A stretch of DNA of 55,341 nucleotides, filler included, from an uncultured delta proteobacterium (GTDB lineage Bacteria; Desulfobacterota; Desulfobacteria; Desulfobacterales; SG8-13): NCBI GenBank assembly GCA_963848135.1. It is 3 parts of 3 records of this genome, joined end to end, with 100 filler letters (N's around TTAATTAATTAA, not from the genome) between each part and the next. Parts side by side here need not be neighbours in the genome. Positions count along the whole stretch, not along the records: positions 35,677 to 55,341 come from CAWKCK010000008.1; 2 more parts are not named here. The stretch is one strand, 5' to 3'. Shown here piece by piece: positions 39,624 to 50,531 of this stretch. Both the position numbers and the translations under genes were made by a program. Below the pieces are notes generated by a model. The model was given only the letters and a program-made list of their open reading frames with translations, was not told the origin of the DNA and did no database searches. The number at the start of each line of letters is the position of its first letter. The stretch's first letter is position 1.

Positions 39624-40763
39624 ATGCCCTGGATTATTCTTTCAGCTGCCAGTGCAGCGGCATGGCTGTTAATTGTGGTTCTTCTCTGGCGTCCGTGGGA
39701 GACACGTGAATTTCTGGAAGCCGAGCCGCAGACCGCCAGGCGTTTAAATGATACCGATGATGACACTGCGCATATGGACAATGTAACTGTCATCATTCCG
39801 GCCCGCAATGAAGCTGTGGTTTTGAAACAAACGCTGTCAGCTGTGATCGATCAGAGCGAGAACATTGCCGTTATACTCGTGGACGACAGTTCAACCGATG
39901 ATACGATTCGAATCGCGAGTCAGTTTGATCCCAAACAATTGCTTATTGTGGCAGGCAAGCCGGTGCCGGTTGGCTGGACCGGAAAACTCTGGGCACTTGA
40001 ACAAGGATTGGGCCATGTTCGTACCGATTTGACGTTGTGTCTGGATGCTGATATCGCCTTGCGGCCGGGTCTCATAAGGACACTTGTTAGAAAAATGAAC
40101 AGAGACAATTTGCAGCTGGTTTCATTGATGTCCAGCTTGCGAATGATATCGTTCTGGGAACGTTTTCTATTACCGGCGTTTGTATATTTTTTTAAAATAA
40201 TGTATCCATTCCGGCTATGTAACTCGCGCTTGAAGACGGTTGCTGCAGCAGCCGGTGGATGTATCCTGATACAGACCCGGGTGCTGAGAAAAATCGGCGG
40301 TTATGCTTCACTGTGCCATAGTCTGATAGATGACTGTAGCCTGGCCAAACTTGTAAAACGAAACGGGTACCGCACCTGGATTGGTTTGACGCACTCTGCG
40401 TTGAGTCTGCGGCAATATGACAGCCTGGCTTCCATCTGGAATATGGTTGCACGTACAGCGTTTTATCAGCTACGTTATTCGGCCGGGCTGTTATTGTTAA
40501 CGACGATAACGATGGTTGGGGTCTTTTGGATGCCAGTGGCCGGCGTCTTTTTTAACAATAGCCTGGTCCAATTCATATCAGCTTTTGCGCTTTGTGCTAT
40601 GGCATCAACCTACCTTCCGTTATTGATGTTTTATGGCCGTTCGCCCGCTTGGGTGTTAACTCTGCCTGTTATCGCCCTTTTCTATATAGGCATGACCTGG
40701 ACATCGGCCATTCGTCACTTCTCCGGAAAAGGAGCGGTATGGAAGGGGCGGGAGTATCGTTAA
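39624..40763 (+). CDS. hpnB: Hopanoid-associated GT2 glycosyltransferase
   Basis: IPARNEA, VDDSSTD, GWTGKLWAL, DAD, AAAGGCIL, IDDCSLAK, IWNMVARTAF, terminal WKGR. Located in the hpn cluster. Confidence 0.85.
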   Translation: MPWIILSAASAAAWLLIVVLLWRPWETREFLEAEPQTARRLNDTDDDTAHMDNVTVIIPARNEAVVLKQTLSAVIDQSENIAVILVDDSSTDDTIRIASQFDPKQLLIVAGKPVPVGWTGKLWALEQGLGHVRTDLTLCLDADIALRPGLIRTLVRKMNRDNLQLVSLMSSLRMISFWERFLLPAFVYFFKIMYPFRLCNSRLKTVAAAAGGCILIQTRVLRKIGGYASLCHSLIDDCSLAKLVKRNGYRTWIGLTHSALSLRQYDSLASIWNMVARTAFYQLRYSAGLLLLTTITMVGVFWMPVAGVFFNNSLVQFISAFALCAMASTYLPLLMFYGRSPAWVLTLPVIALFYIGMTWTSAIRHFSGKGAVWKGREYR

Positions 40764-40988
40764 ATATTGCTTTTAAGGTTGGTCGATTCGATCAGAAATG
40801 TGGCCAATTTAGAAATTGGATACAAGATAACGGTTATTGGATAGCGGGGCTACGCTTTGATGATTCAACGGTAAATCGTCAATATTTTATTTTACGTTGC
40901 TTATATGATCAAGAAGCATAAAATTTTCGTTCCTGTTGGTTCCGATAGATATCGCCCCTTATCCGCGAACCCATCCGAGTATATTTAA

Positions 40989-42098
40989 ATGAGAGATCCA
41001 TACGCTACGATGCAAAATGATGAATTTGAGGCCCGGATCCTGCAAGCGGTTTCGCGTTCATTTGCGCTGACCATACCCCTGTTGCCGGCAGAATTGGCAA
41101 AAACCGTTTCAAATGCTTATCTGCTGTGCCGCATTGCGGATACGATTGAAGATGATTCCGGTCTATCGATTGACCAAAAACAACAATTTTTTCGAGAATT
41201 TGTTGAAGTGGTCAACGGCAATTTTTCTACAAAAGAATTTGTAGACGGACTGCATCCATTGCTGTCAGCCGATGCCCCGCCAGGTGAGCGCGAACTCATT
41301 TTAAACACCCCTGTTGTGATGCAGAGCTTTTCCCGTTTTAACGACCGTCAACAAGCAGTCATAAGGCAATCTATAGGAACGATGGCATACGGGATGTTTG
41401 AATTTCAGAAAATTCAGAATCCATGCGGCCTCGAAACCCTCACGCAGATGAACGATTACTGTTATTACGTTGCCGGTGTGGTTGGAGACATGTTAACCGG
41501 CTTGTTTTGTGATTACTCGAATGAAATTGCGCAGAACCGTGAAAAAATGAAGCCTTTGGCGGCATCATTCGGACAAGGGCTGCAAATGACCAATATAATA
41601 AAAGATTTATGGGAAGACAAAGCACGTGGGGCATGCTGGTTTCCCAGAGATGTGTTTCAAAAGGCCGGTTTCGATTTGAAGGAGCTGAAAGTCGGCAATT
41701 ATCGTTCGAGTTTCGGCGAAGGGCTGTCGACGTTGATCGGCGTTGCCCATGCCCATCTTAAAAATGCACTGAGATATACGCTGCTGCTGCCGAAAAATGA
41801 ACCCGGAATTCGGAAATTCTGTATGTTGGCGGTCGGCATGGCAGTTTTTACACTGCAGAATGTTTACAATACCCGTGATTACACCTGCGGGCAGGATGTA
41901 AAAATTTCAAGGAGCACAACCCGTAACATTATCATGTTTACGAATGCCTCCGTGAAAAGCGATATGTTGCTGAAGACGTTTTTCCAGCTGGCAGCACGAG
42001 GTCTACCGCTGACTGAAACAAAAGTCTGTGCCTCACTACCGGATCCCCTCTATGTGTCAGAGCACCTGCCGGATGCAAGTCATCACAATATGAATTGA
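40989..42098 (+). CDS. Squalene synthase (FDFT1/single-enzyme type)
   Basis: VSRSFALTI, YLLCRIADTIEDD, YCYYVAGVVG, GLQMTNIIKD, VKISR. Confidence 0.88.
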   Translation: MRDPYATMQNDEFEARILQAVSRSFALTIPLLPAELAKTVSNAYLLCRIADTIEDDSGLSIDQKQQFFREFVEVVNGNFSTKEFVDGLHPLLSADAPPGERELILNTPVVMQSFSRFNDRQQAVIRQSIGTMAYGMFEFQKIQNPCGLETLTQMNDYCYYVAGVVGDMLTGLFCDYSNEIAQNREKMKPLAASFGQGLQMTNIIKDLWEDKARGACWFPRDVFQKAGFDLKELKVGNYRSSFGEGLSTLIGVAHAHLKNALRYTLLLPKNEPGIRKFCMLAVGMAVFTLQNVYNTRDYTCGQDVKISRSTTRNIIMFTNASVKSDMLLKTFFQLAARGLPLTETKVCASLPDPLYVSEHLPDASHHNMN

Positions 42099-42205
42099 CT
42101 GGAAAATTGAATCGATAATACCTCACCCAATGGCGCAAAGGATGACGTTTTTTCATCGTGCTTTTGCCTTATTGAATGGGGTAATATGATCTTGAGGAAT
42201 TTGCA

Positions 42206-43207
42206 TTGGGTATACCGGCAATCCAACAGGTACGAATCGGTAAGTATATTATCAAGCAGATGATAACCCGACGGCCACGGTTTCCGTTGGTGCTCATGCT
42301 GGAACCGCTCTTTCAGTGCAACCTGCGCTGTAAGGGATGCGGCAAGATTGCTCATAGCGGAGAAATCCTGTCAAAGAAGTTAAGCCTCCAGGAGTGTGTG
42401 TCCAGCTCCGAAGAATGCGGAGCACCGGTTGTTTCCATTGCCGGCGGAGAGCCGCTGTTGCTTCCGGACATTCATTTGATAACCGGAGAACTGACAGCTC
42501 GCAAGAAGTTTGTCTACCTGTGCACAAATGCATTATTATTGACCAGGCGGATGGATGATTTCAGCCCGTCACCCTATCTGGCTTTCAATATTCACCTGGA
42601 CGGCTTACGGGAGCGGCACGATGCCCTGGTTTGCCAGCAGGGAGTGTTTGACCAGGCGGTGGCTGCTATCCGATTGCTCATCTCCAAAGGTTTTCGAGTG
42701 ACCACCAATACGACCTTTTATGACGGTGAATCACCTGAAATTGCCGCCCGTTTTTTGGACTTTGTCACGTCCTTGAGTGTTGAAGGGATGACCATTGCCC
42801 CTGGCTTCAGCTACGAGACAGCAGCAGCCCAGGATCAATTCCTGGGCCGCAGCGGCACGATTCGATTTTTCCGGGATCTTTTCGAGTTGGGGAAAGACCG
42901 AAATTGGGTGTTTAATCACAGCGGGCTTTATCTGGATTTTCTGGCAGGCAAACAGAAATATGAATGTACGCCCTGGGGAAATCCGACCCGCAATATATTC
43001 GGGTGGCAGAAACCGTGTTACCTGCTCGACGATAGCCACGTTGCAGGATACCGGGAACTGATGGAGACCACAGACTGGACCCGTTATGGTGTTGGCGGTG
43101 ACCCGCGCTGTACCGACTGTATGGTGCACTGCGGCTTCGAACCCTCAGCGGTCCTGGATTCAGTGCGGCATCCGTTTAAGTTGATCAAGCGTCGGATGAA
43201 CAGGTAA
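42206..43207 (+). CDS. hpnH: Adenosylhopane synthase (radical SAM)
   Basis: PLVLMLEPLFQCNLRCKGCGK, GGEPLL, CTPWGNPTRNIFGWQKPCYLL, CTDCMVHCGFE. TTG start. Confidence 0.95.
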   Translation: MGIPAIQQVRIGKYIIKQMITRRPRFPLVLMLEPLFQCNLRCKGCGKIAHSGEILSKKLSLQECVSSSEECGAPVVSIAGGEPLLLPDIHLITGELTARKKFVYLCTNALLLTRRMDDFSPSPYLAFNIHLDGLRERHDALVCQQGVFDQAVAAIRLLISKGFRVTTNTTFYDGESPEIAARFLDFVTSLSVEGMTIAPGFSYETAAAQDQFLGRSGTIRFFRDLFELGKDRNWVFNHSGLYLDFLAGKQKYECTPWGNPTRNIFGWQKPCYLLDDSHVAGYRELMETTDWTRYGVGGDPRCTDCMVHCGFEPSAVLDSVRHPFKLIKRRMNR

Positions 43208-43235
43208 TTGTTTTGAGTTGATCGTTCCGATTCGA

Positions 43236-44003
43236 TTATCCTTGACCGTTTACCAGCAAACCGGGCAGTCGGTTGGCGATTAATGACTGCCATGCTCGTT
43301 TGAGTGCAGTCCGAGCAGCTGAAAAGTAGCGGTTCATATACCACATGTCTTTTATCAGGGCTGGGCGGCGGGTCAGGTTTTGCAGCACGGAAGATATGTG
43401 GATATGACCATTCGCGTCCAGGCATCTGAAGAGTTCTTCTGGAACAGTTTGATCGGCTGGGTCACAGACAGCACGTAAACCGAAAAAAGGGATTTGAACC
43501 TGATGGGCAATGCGGGCTACAACGGCGCTTTCCATGTCCACCGTCAGTGCCTGGTGTTGCTTGAACAACGATTCTTTGCGGTCACAGGTTAACATTTCCT
43601 GCTCGGTGGTTAACAGTGTTCCGCTGCGGACGGCAAAGCCCTCTGATCTTAAAATCTTAACAGCTTGTGCAGATCCCCAGGCACGCCACGGTCCCACGGT
43701 ATGGTCTGCATCGATATGCAAAACATCGGAAGCAATGACAATGTCCCCGGCTTTTAACTCAGGATCCAAGCCACCTGCCAGGCCCACACTGGCCAAAGCC
43801 GACACGCCGGATGAAATGAGATCATTAGCAGCCATCTGCGCCTTCTCTGTTCCGATTCCGGCGCTTGTGGCGATGAGCATCAGATCGTCTTGTAATTGGT
43901 GGACGCGCACTTTCACCCCATTGTGGCGTCGCCATGCCCCCCTGCCAAGCAGGGAGCGGCCCTCGGAGGCGAGAGCTATAACCAAACCCAGTTTGGGCTG
44001 CAT
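43236..44003 (-). CDS. hpnG: Hopanoid-associated nucleosidase/phosphorylase
   Basis: SVGLAGGL, VDMESAVVA, RAVCD. Located between hpnH and shc. Confidence 0.85.
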   Translation of the reverse strand: MQPKLGLVIALASEGRSLLGRGAWRRHNGVKVRVHQLQDDLMLIATSAGIGTEKAQMAANDLISSGVSALASVGLAGGLDPELKAGDIVIASDVLHIDADHTVGPWRAWGSAQAVKILRSEGFAVRSGTLLTTEQEMLTCDRKESLFKQHQALTVDMESAVVARIAHQVQIPFFGLRAVCDPADQTVPEELFRCLDANGHIHISSVLQNLTRRPALIKDMWYMNRYFSAARTALKRAWQSLIANRLPGLLVNGQG

Positions 44004-44278
44004 GATGTCCGTGTTTTCTGTTTAGATATTTCTCTGAGGTATCCACTATCCAATTCAACTCATATGACCTATAAACCATTTTTACTATAAATTCTACTGA
44101 GAGCGCTTATCGTAATTAAGAAAAACATTCCTTTATTCGAGTTATTTTACAATCACTCAAATCACTCTTCCCAAGGTTGGTGTGACTGTTGAAAAGCGCC
44201 ATGATAGTTGAATTAACACCAAGCACAACATAACTAAACACTTTATATTCCAAGCACTTTCATCTAAAGTCTTTTTAC

Positions 44279-46309
44279 ATGGATCCCGTCAATATTTTGA
44301 ACAGCGATACGCGGTTTACCGCCATAACCGAAACCATTGAAGAAGGGCTCAATTGGCTGGTCGACAACCAGGCTCAAGAGGGATACTGGGTCGGGACACT
44401 GGAATCGAATGCCTGCATTGAAGCCGAGTGGCTTCTGGCAATGCATTTTCTGGGAATTCAGAGCGATCCCAAAAAAGAAGGCCTCGTGCAGGGGCTCTTG
44501 AACGCGCAGCGTGCCGATGGTTCGTGGGAAATTTTCTTTGATGCGCCCCAGGGTGACATCAATGCTACGATAGAAGCCTATGCGGCTTTGAGGGCTACCG
44601 GCATATCTCCAGACAGCAAGGCCTTGCGCAATGCCCGCAAGTGGATTTTTGCCCATGGTGGCCTGAGCGGTATTCGGGTTTTTACACGCTACTGGCTTGC
44701 GCTGATTGGAGAATGGCCCTGGGAGCATACGCCCAATATTCCGCCGGAAATCATCTATCTTCCGGAATGGTTTCCTTTCAATATATACAATTTTGCATCT
44801 TGGGCACGTGCAACGATTGTGCCTCTAAGTATCCTGTCATCCCGCCGACCGACGCACCCCCTGGCGGCCCGGTTCAGGATGGATGAACTCTTTCCCCGCG
44901 GCCGTGCTGTATTTGATTATTCACTACCGAAAAAAGGCCGTTCATTGTCGTGGCCGCGTTTATTTCTGCTCGCTGATCGTATCCTGCATCATTATCAGCG
45001 CCTGGAATTCGCACCGGGCCGTAAATCAGCCATCAAGAAATGCCTGAAATGGATTGTCAGCCACCAGGAAGCGGACGGGTCCTGGGGTGGTATACAACCG
45101 CCTTGGATTTACAGTCTAATGGCGCTGAAGGTGGAAGGCTACGACCTGTCTCATCCAGTCATGTCACTGGGAATGGAGGCTTTGAACAAAAGCTGGTCCT
45201 ACGAGCAAGATGGTGGCTGCCACATTCAGGCCTGTCAGTCACCTGTCTGGGATACCCTTTTGGCATTGATGGCCATGCAGGATTGTGACATAGACTATCG
45301 CTGGTCGCCGGCCATGCAGGTTGCGGTCGATTGGATTTTACGGCAGCAAGTGACCGCAACCGGTGACTGGCAGGTTAAGGTAAAGAACTGTCCTCCAGGC
45401 GGTTGGGCTTTTGAATTTGCTAATCTGTGGTACCCTGACGTGGATGACACTGCTGTGGCGTTAATTGTTTTAGCGCGGTTGCGGGGGGTCTATCCGAATT
45501 GCGAACGGTTGGAAAGAGCGATCGAGCTTGCCAAAGAATGGGTTCTGGCCATGCAGTGCCGCAATGGCGGTTGGGGCGCATTTGACAAGGATAATGATAA
45601 AGATCTGCTGACTAAAATTCCTTTCTGCGATTTTGGAGAGACACTGGACCCCCCCAGTGTCGATGTCACTGCACATGTTGTCGAGGCCTTTGGTCTTTTG
45701 GGTATGGAGCATACACACCCAGTCGTAAAACGGGCCCTCGCGTACATGCTCTCCGAACAGGAGCCTGACGGAAGCTGGTTTGGCCGCTGGGGTGTCAATC
45801 ATATTTACGGAACCGCAGCTGTGCTCCCCGCGTTAAAGGCCGTCGGGTTCGACATGACGAGCGCCACCGTGCGCAGAGCTGGCGATTGGATTGTTGCTCA
45901 CCAGAATGAAGACGGCGGTTGGGGCGAGACATGCGCCTCCTACATGGATTCATCCCAGCGCGGCAGAGGTGCCAGCACAGCCTCTCAAACCGGCTGGGCC
46001 CTAATGGCTTTGCTTGCTGTGAAATCAAGACGGTACCGACGGTCCATCCAATGCGGCGTCGATTATTTAGTTCAACTGCAGAATAAGGGTACCTGGGAAG
46101 AACCTTTTTACACCGGCACCGGTTTTCCCGGTTACGGCGGGGGCGCCAGAGTTGACCTGGAAGCCAACGATCTGAAGGAAAAACTCTGTCACGGTACCGA
46201 GCTCAGCAGAGGATTTATGATCAACTACAATCTTTACCGTCATTATTTCCCCCTGATGGCTCTGGGCAGAGCCAAGAGCTATTTGCGCCAGAAGACAACC
46301 GGCAGATAG
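44279..46309 (+). CDS. shc: Squalene-hopene cyclase
   Basis: QW repeats, SPVWDT, GGWAFE, YPDVDDTA (DxDD), WFGRWGVNHIYGT, TGTGFPG, YRHYFPLMALG. Confidence 0.98.
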   Translation: MDPVNILNSDTRFTAITETIEEGLNWLVDNQAQEGYWVGTLESNACIEAEWLLAMHFLGIQSDPKKEGLVQGLLNAQRADGSWEIFFDAPQGDINATIEAYAALRATGISPDSKALRNARKWIFAHGGLSGIRVFTRYWLALIGEWPWEHTPNIPPEIIYLPEWFPFNIYNFASWARATIVPLSILSSRRPTHPLAARFRMDELFPRGRAVFDYSLPKKGRSLSWPRLFLLADRILHHYQRLEFAPGRKSAIKKCLKWIVSHQEADGSWGGIQPPWIYSLMALKVEGYDLSHPVMSLGMEALNKSWSYEQDGGCHIQACQSPVWDTLLALMAMQDCDIDYRWSPAMQVAVDWILRQQVTATGDWQVKVKNCPPGGWAFEFANLWYPDVDDTAVALIVLARLRGVYPNCERLERAIELAKEWVLAMQCRNGGWGAFDKDNDKDLLTKIPFCDFGETLDPPSVDVTAHVVEAFGLLGMEHTHPVVKRALAYMLSEQEPDGSWFGRWGVNHIYGTAAVLPALKAVGFDMTSATVRRAGDWIVAHQNEDGGWGETCASYMDSSQRGRGASTASQTGWALMALLAVKSRRYRRSIQCGVDYLVQLQNKGTWEEPFYTGTGFPGYGGGARVDLEANDLKEKLCHGTELSRGFMINYNLYRHYFPLMALGRAKSYLRQKTTGR

Positions 46310-46405
46310 CGACAATTGCCCCTCATAGTGTTCACCTTATGAATTCGGCGTTTTTTCATCCGTTCGCGCTTTTACCATCGGTATAATCAGTGTTTTTGAA
46401 ATCAC

Positions 46406-47395
46406 TTACAAATATCCGTGGCGAGCGAACCAGGCGATGGCTTCCATGAGTGCTTCCTTCACTGGTCGGGGGGTATAGCCAAGTTCTTCTCTCGCGCGTC
46501 TGGATGTAAAGAACATTTTTTTCTTGGCCAGGCGCACACCATCCACTGTAACCCGGGGCTCACCCGAACCGATCAACCGGGCCCAACCCTCCAGGAGAAT
46601 TGCGATCGGTAAAATAAGATTGTGCGGCAGGCGTATATGCGGTTGTTTACGCCCGGTAACGGTTGAAATCAGGGAAAAGATTTCTTGCAACGTCAGGTTC
46701 TTGCCGCCGAGTATGTAACGCTTTCCTGTCACCCCTTTTTCAAATGCCAGTAAATGGCCATTTGCCACATCATTCACATGAACGATATTCAAGCCGGTAT
46801 CCACATAGGCCGGCATTCGCCCGGCAGCGGCATCCAGCACCATACGTCCCGTGGGTGTCGGCTTGACATCCCGAGGGCCCACAGGCGTCGATGGATTAAC
46901 GATGACCGCCGGCAGGTTTTCTTCAGCAATCATTTTTTTGACTTCAACTTCGGCCATAAACTTAGATCGTTTGTAATGTCCAATCATATCGTCCAAAGTC
47001 GCAGGTGTTTCCTCATCGGCTGGGCTGTCATCGACATTCAAACCCAGGGTTGCAACGCTGCTGGTATACACGATTCGTTTTATACCTGCGCGAAGTGCAG
47101 CCTGCATGAGTTCGCGCGTTCCGGTGACATTGGTTTTGTACATGTTGACCGGATCAGGCACCCACAGGCGATAATCGGCCGCTACGTGAAAAAGGGCATC
47201 ACATTCATTCAGCGCCCTATCAAAAGAACCGGGATCGGAGAGATTTCCAATGACTTCTTCACACTGCAGTCCTTCAAGATTGCGCCGGTTACTCTCCGGG
47301 CGCAGTAATGCGCGGACATGGTGACCCGCCTGGATTAATTTACGCAATACCGCCGATCCAATAAAACCGCTAGCGCCGGTGATCAGCACCTTCAT
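46406..47395 (-). CDS. hpnA: Hopanoid-associated NAD-dependent epimerase/dehydratase
   Basis: TGASGFIG, FHVAADYRLW, MIGHYKRSK, VNPSTPVGPRDVKPTPTG. Confidence 0.93.
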   Translation of the reverse strand: MKVLITGASGFIGSAVLRKLIQAGHHVRALLRPESNRRNLEGLQCEEVIGNLSDPGSFDRALNECDALFHVAADYRLWVPDPVNMYKTNVTGTRELMQAALRAGIKRIVYTSSVATLGLNVDDSPADEETPATLDDMIGHYKRSKFMAEVEVKKMIAEENLPAVIVNPSTPVGPRDVKPTPTGRMVLDAAAGRMPAYVDTGLNIVHVNDVANGHLLAFEKGVTGKRYILGGKNLTLQEIFSLISTVTGRKQPHIRLPHNLILPIAILLEGWARLIGSGEPRVTVDGVRLAKKKMFFTSRRAREELGYTPRPVKEALMEAIAWFARHGYL

Positions 47396-47702
47396 GTCGT
47401 TTTACCTCTCTTGCAACCGGGAAGTTTCTGAAAATTCTTTGCGATTGCTCACTATAACAGAAATCTTATCCATCCGAATTTCATCAATATGGGGTCCGGA
47501 AATTTTGGTAGCGTTGTTTTATTTCAATTTTTTTCGTAAGTTGGTAGCATAAGCCTTTCCCGACGCTGAAGATGGTTTGTTGAGGAAGGGTAATATTTCT
47601 TGCTGCCAATTTGTATGGAAAAAGCAAAGTCAGTAAGCGTCGGGATAAAAAATCGTTGACCTCTTCCAATGAGGTTGCCAGAATGTGCATGGGTTCCGCT
47701 CT

Positions 47703-47743
47703 CAAATTTGACGCCAAAGCCCGGTCGGTGGCGTCTAAATTTG
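47703..47743. terminator. Stem-loop downstream of the Smr gene
   Basis: CAAATTTGACGCCA...TGGCGTC(T)AAATTTG, 15 nt past the minus-strand stop at 47758. Confidence 0.5.
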
Positions 47744-47757
47744 CCGAGAAGGATCGT

Positions 47758-48048
47758 TTATTGACGGTTAACGGGGTTTCTTTTCAACGCCACCAACGTT
47801 GCGCCCCATCCCCCGGCTTCGAGCGGGGCATCCTTGAAGCTCTCAACCATGGGGCTCTTCTTCAACAGGCTGTGCACTTTCTTTTTCAATATCCCGCTGC
47901 CTTTGCCGTGGATTAGCCTTATTGACGTTATCCCGACGGCAAGGCATTCGGAGAGGTAATCGTCGAGCAGATCCGGTACATCGCGCGGATGAAAAGTATG
48001 CAGATCCAAAACGTCTTCTATCGGCAGTTTTATCGGTTTCATATTCAT
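47758..48048 (-). CDS. Stand-alone Smr-domain protein
   Basis: LDLHTF, IHGKGSG, GGWGAT. Confidence 0.92.
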   Translation of the reverse strand: MNMKPIKLPIEDVLDLHTFHPRDVPDLLDDYLSECLAVGITSIRLIHGKGSGILKKKVHSLLKKSPMVESFKDAPLEAGGWGATLVALKRNPVNRQ

Positions 48049-48206
48049 AAGATTGAGCTAAAACGTATCCTTCTGTGAGAGCCATCTGTTATCTGTGGGG
48101 TCATTGGATGCGGTTAAACCAGAGACACAGTTTGCCGGGCATATTGAAATTCGTTTGTTTGTTGATACGAAATACACCTTCGATGACGTAATCGGTGATT
48201 TGATCT

Positions 48207-48833
48207 ATGCTTCGACCCCTACCAGCCGTTCTGTTCGGACTTCCAATGCTGGCGTATCTTTTTGGGTCAATACCCTGGGGGTTGATTTTGACCCGACGGT
48301 TCACTCCGATAGACATCCGGAAACAGGGTAGTGGAAACATAGGCGCCACAAATGTCCGCCGCCTTGCCGGCACACCATTAGGGTTACTGACCCTTGCCGG
48401 TGACCTGCTGAAGGGTGCCATACCGGTTTATTTCGCAGGCCGGGTCGTTGGCTTCGAACCCAACCTGCAGGCGTGTTTCGTTTCCACAGTGGCCCTCGCT
48501 GCCTTTGCCGGACACCTTTTCCCTCTTTACCTCAAGCTGAAGGACGGAGGTAAGGGCGTTGCGACGGCTATGGGATGTTTCCTTGTGATTTCGCCAATTT
48601 CAGTTTTGGCTACCCTGATCGTCTTTCTCCTGGTCGTCTGTTTGTCCGGGCGGGTATCGGCCGGCTCTCTGTCCGCCGCGGCCGTCTTACCTGTTGCCGT
48701 CTGGTGGGCGTGCCAATCAAAGATCTTCACAGCCTGTGCGGGCGTTGTTGCGATATTGATATTTATAAGACATGCAGAAAACATTAAACGCCTGCTGGCC
48801 GGAACGGAACCGACAATAGGAAAAAAGAGATAG
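48207..48833 (+). CDS. plsY: Glycerol-3-phosphate acyltransferase
   Basis: GSIPWG, GSGNIGATN, DLLKG, GHLFP, GGKGVAT, RHAENIKRLLAGTE. Confidence 0.96.
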   Translation: MLRPLPAVLFGLPMLAYLFGSIPWGLILTRRFTPIDIRKQGSGNIGATNVRRLAGTPLGLLTLAGDLLKGAIPVYFAGRVVGFEPNLQACFVSTVALAAFAGHLFPLYLKLKDGGKGVATAMGCFLVISPISVLATLIVFLLVVCLSGRVSAGSLSAAAVLPVAVWWACQSKIFTACAGVVAILIFIRHAENIKRLLAGTEPTIGKKR

Positions 48834-49080
48834 CCAGTCTCAAGCGGGTATGGCGGTCGCATCGTTCGAGGCTCGAGTATTCAGGCCGTTTCATTTGTTT
48901 CCGGGTTTGTTTTGAATTCGCCTTTACCGGAAGATGATCGGCGGTATTATCGTTGCGACATGGATCGGATTCTATCCCTATCTAATAATACCGCCGTATT
49001 TTGATAAATTCAATGCTTGTAATTCCCAACGACGAATAGCGGCCAGGAACCGGCGTATCTATGCATCCCCCATTCAGACA

Positions 49081-50313
49081 ATGAGTGATTTTTTTCACAG
49101 ACCCGCAACCATTCGCTTGGTAAACAGGCTGGGTGGATTGATCCACCAGACGGGTTTTCTGCCATTTTCTCTCGATCGGGATAAGATTCTGCAGCAGGCC
49201 CAGCGGAAAATCGGGCTGCACGATTTTGGTCCTGATGATTTCATGGAGCCGCTGGGGCGTTTGCTTCATTCTTATCAGCATGATGCCCGGTTAAATTTTA
49301 TCGGTCTGGCCTGTGCGCATGTTTATCTTCTCAGGCTTCTGGTCAATCGCCTGCGGATGGAACAGGATCGAGCAAAGCATCCACTGATAGCGAGCGAGAA
49401 AATCGCAGCTCCGGTTTTTATCCTGGGTTTGCCGCGCACCGGCAGCACGATTTTGTTCGAGCTGTTGGCAACCGATCCACGATTCAGAGTGCCAGCCTCA
49501 TGGGAAGTCATGTTCCCCAGTCCAGCTCCCGGCTTTGACGAAGAGATTGCGTCTCGCATTCGCACAACTGACCGGATGTTGAACTGGGTGGATCGGCTAT
49601 CACCAGAGTTTAAAAAAATACATCCCCTTGGGGCCCTGTTGCCGCAGGAATGTATCACTATCCTGGCGCAGGCTTTCCGCAGCGTACAGTTTCACACGCA
49701 GAATGATGTGCCGTCCTATCAGCGCTGGCTTGATGATGCGGACATGCTGCCGGCCTATGCCTATCACGAGCGCTTTTTACAACAGTTGCAGCACCGCACC
49801 ATGGAAGGAAAACGGTGGTTACTGAAGGCGCCGGTCCATCTATTTGCTCTTGATTCGCTATTTTCCGTTTATCCGGATGCGACCATCATACAAACACACA
49901 GGGATCCGGCAGCGGTTGTTTCTTCAGTGTCGAGCTTCAGCGCTACGATACGGCAGTCTTTTAGTGAATCCCTTGACCTCAAAAAGATCGGGGAAACGTC
50001 ATGTGGTTTATGGGTTAATGGCCTGAGTCGAAGTATAAACTTCCGGGAGTCTCACCCGGAACACCGGGAACGGTTTTTTGATCTCTACTACCAGGATTTC
50101 ATTAAAGATCCGATTGCATCGCTGGATGGGCTTTATCGCCATATTGGCATTCCCTATGGCGATGATCAGAAGGCAAGAGCGCAGAATTATCTTGATATCC
50201 ATCCCCAGAATCGCCACGGTCGCCATAGTTACACGCTTGAAAGCTTCCATTTGTCAAAGGCTTCGGTACGCCAGCAGTTCTCCCAATATCTGGATTATTT
50301 CCAGCTTTTCTGA
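49081..50313 (+). CDS. PAPS-dependent sulfotransferase family protein
   Basis: 5'-PSB loop PVFILGLPRTGST, WLLKAPVH, 3'-PB motif QTHRDP...SS. The longest ORF starts at 48934. Confidence 0.9.
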   Translation: MSDFFHRPATIRLVNRLGGLIHQTGFLPFSLDRDKILQQAQRKIGLHDFGPDDFMEPLGRLLHSYQHDARLNFIGLACAHVYLLRLLVNRLRMEQDRAKHPLIASEKIAAPVFILGLPRTGSTILFELLATDPRFRVPASWEVMFPSPAPGFDEEIASRIRTTDRMLNWVDRLSPEFKKIHPLGALLPQECITILAQAFRSVQFHTQNDVPSYQRWLDDADMLPAYAYHERFLQQLQHRTMEGKRWLLKAPVHLFALDSLFSVYPDATIIQTHRDPAAVVSSVSSFSATIRQSFSESLDLKKIGETSCGLWVNGLSRSINFRESHPEHRERFFDLYYQDFIKDPIASLDGLYRHIGIPYGDDQKARAQNYLDIHPQNRHGRHSYTLESFHLSKASVRQQFSQYLDYFQLF

Positions 50314-50531
50314 CCGATTCGCAGTGCGCTTTACAAATGCCTGGCGATACAGTAATGTAGCCGTCTTTGTAATTCTACGACCTTTCGTTAGATTTCATAA
50401 CGGGGGCTATGTTTAGAGCGCTCGGAACTGCTGCGTCAAAACAGACAATAATATCGCATATGAAATTTCTTTTCGATGTCAATAACTTGATAGTCGTGTC
50501 CCACCCATTTTGCGGTTGAAGATCTCGGCAG

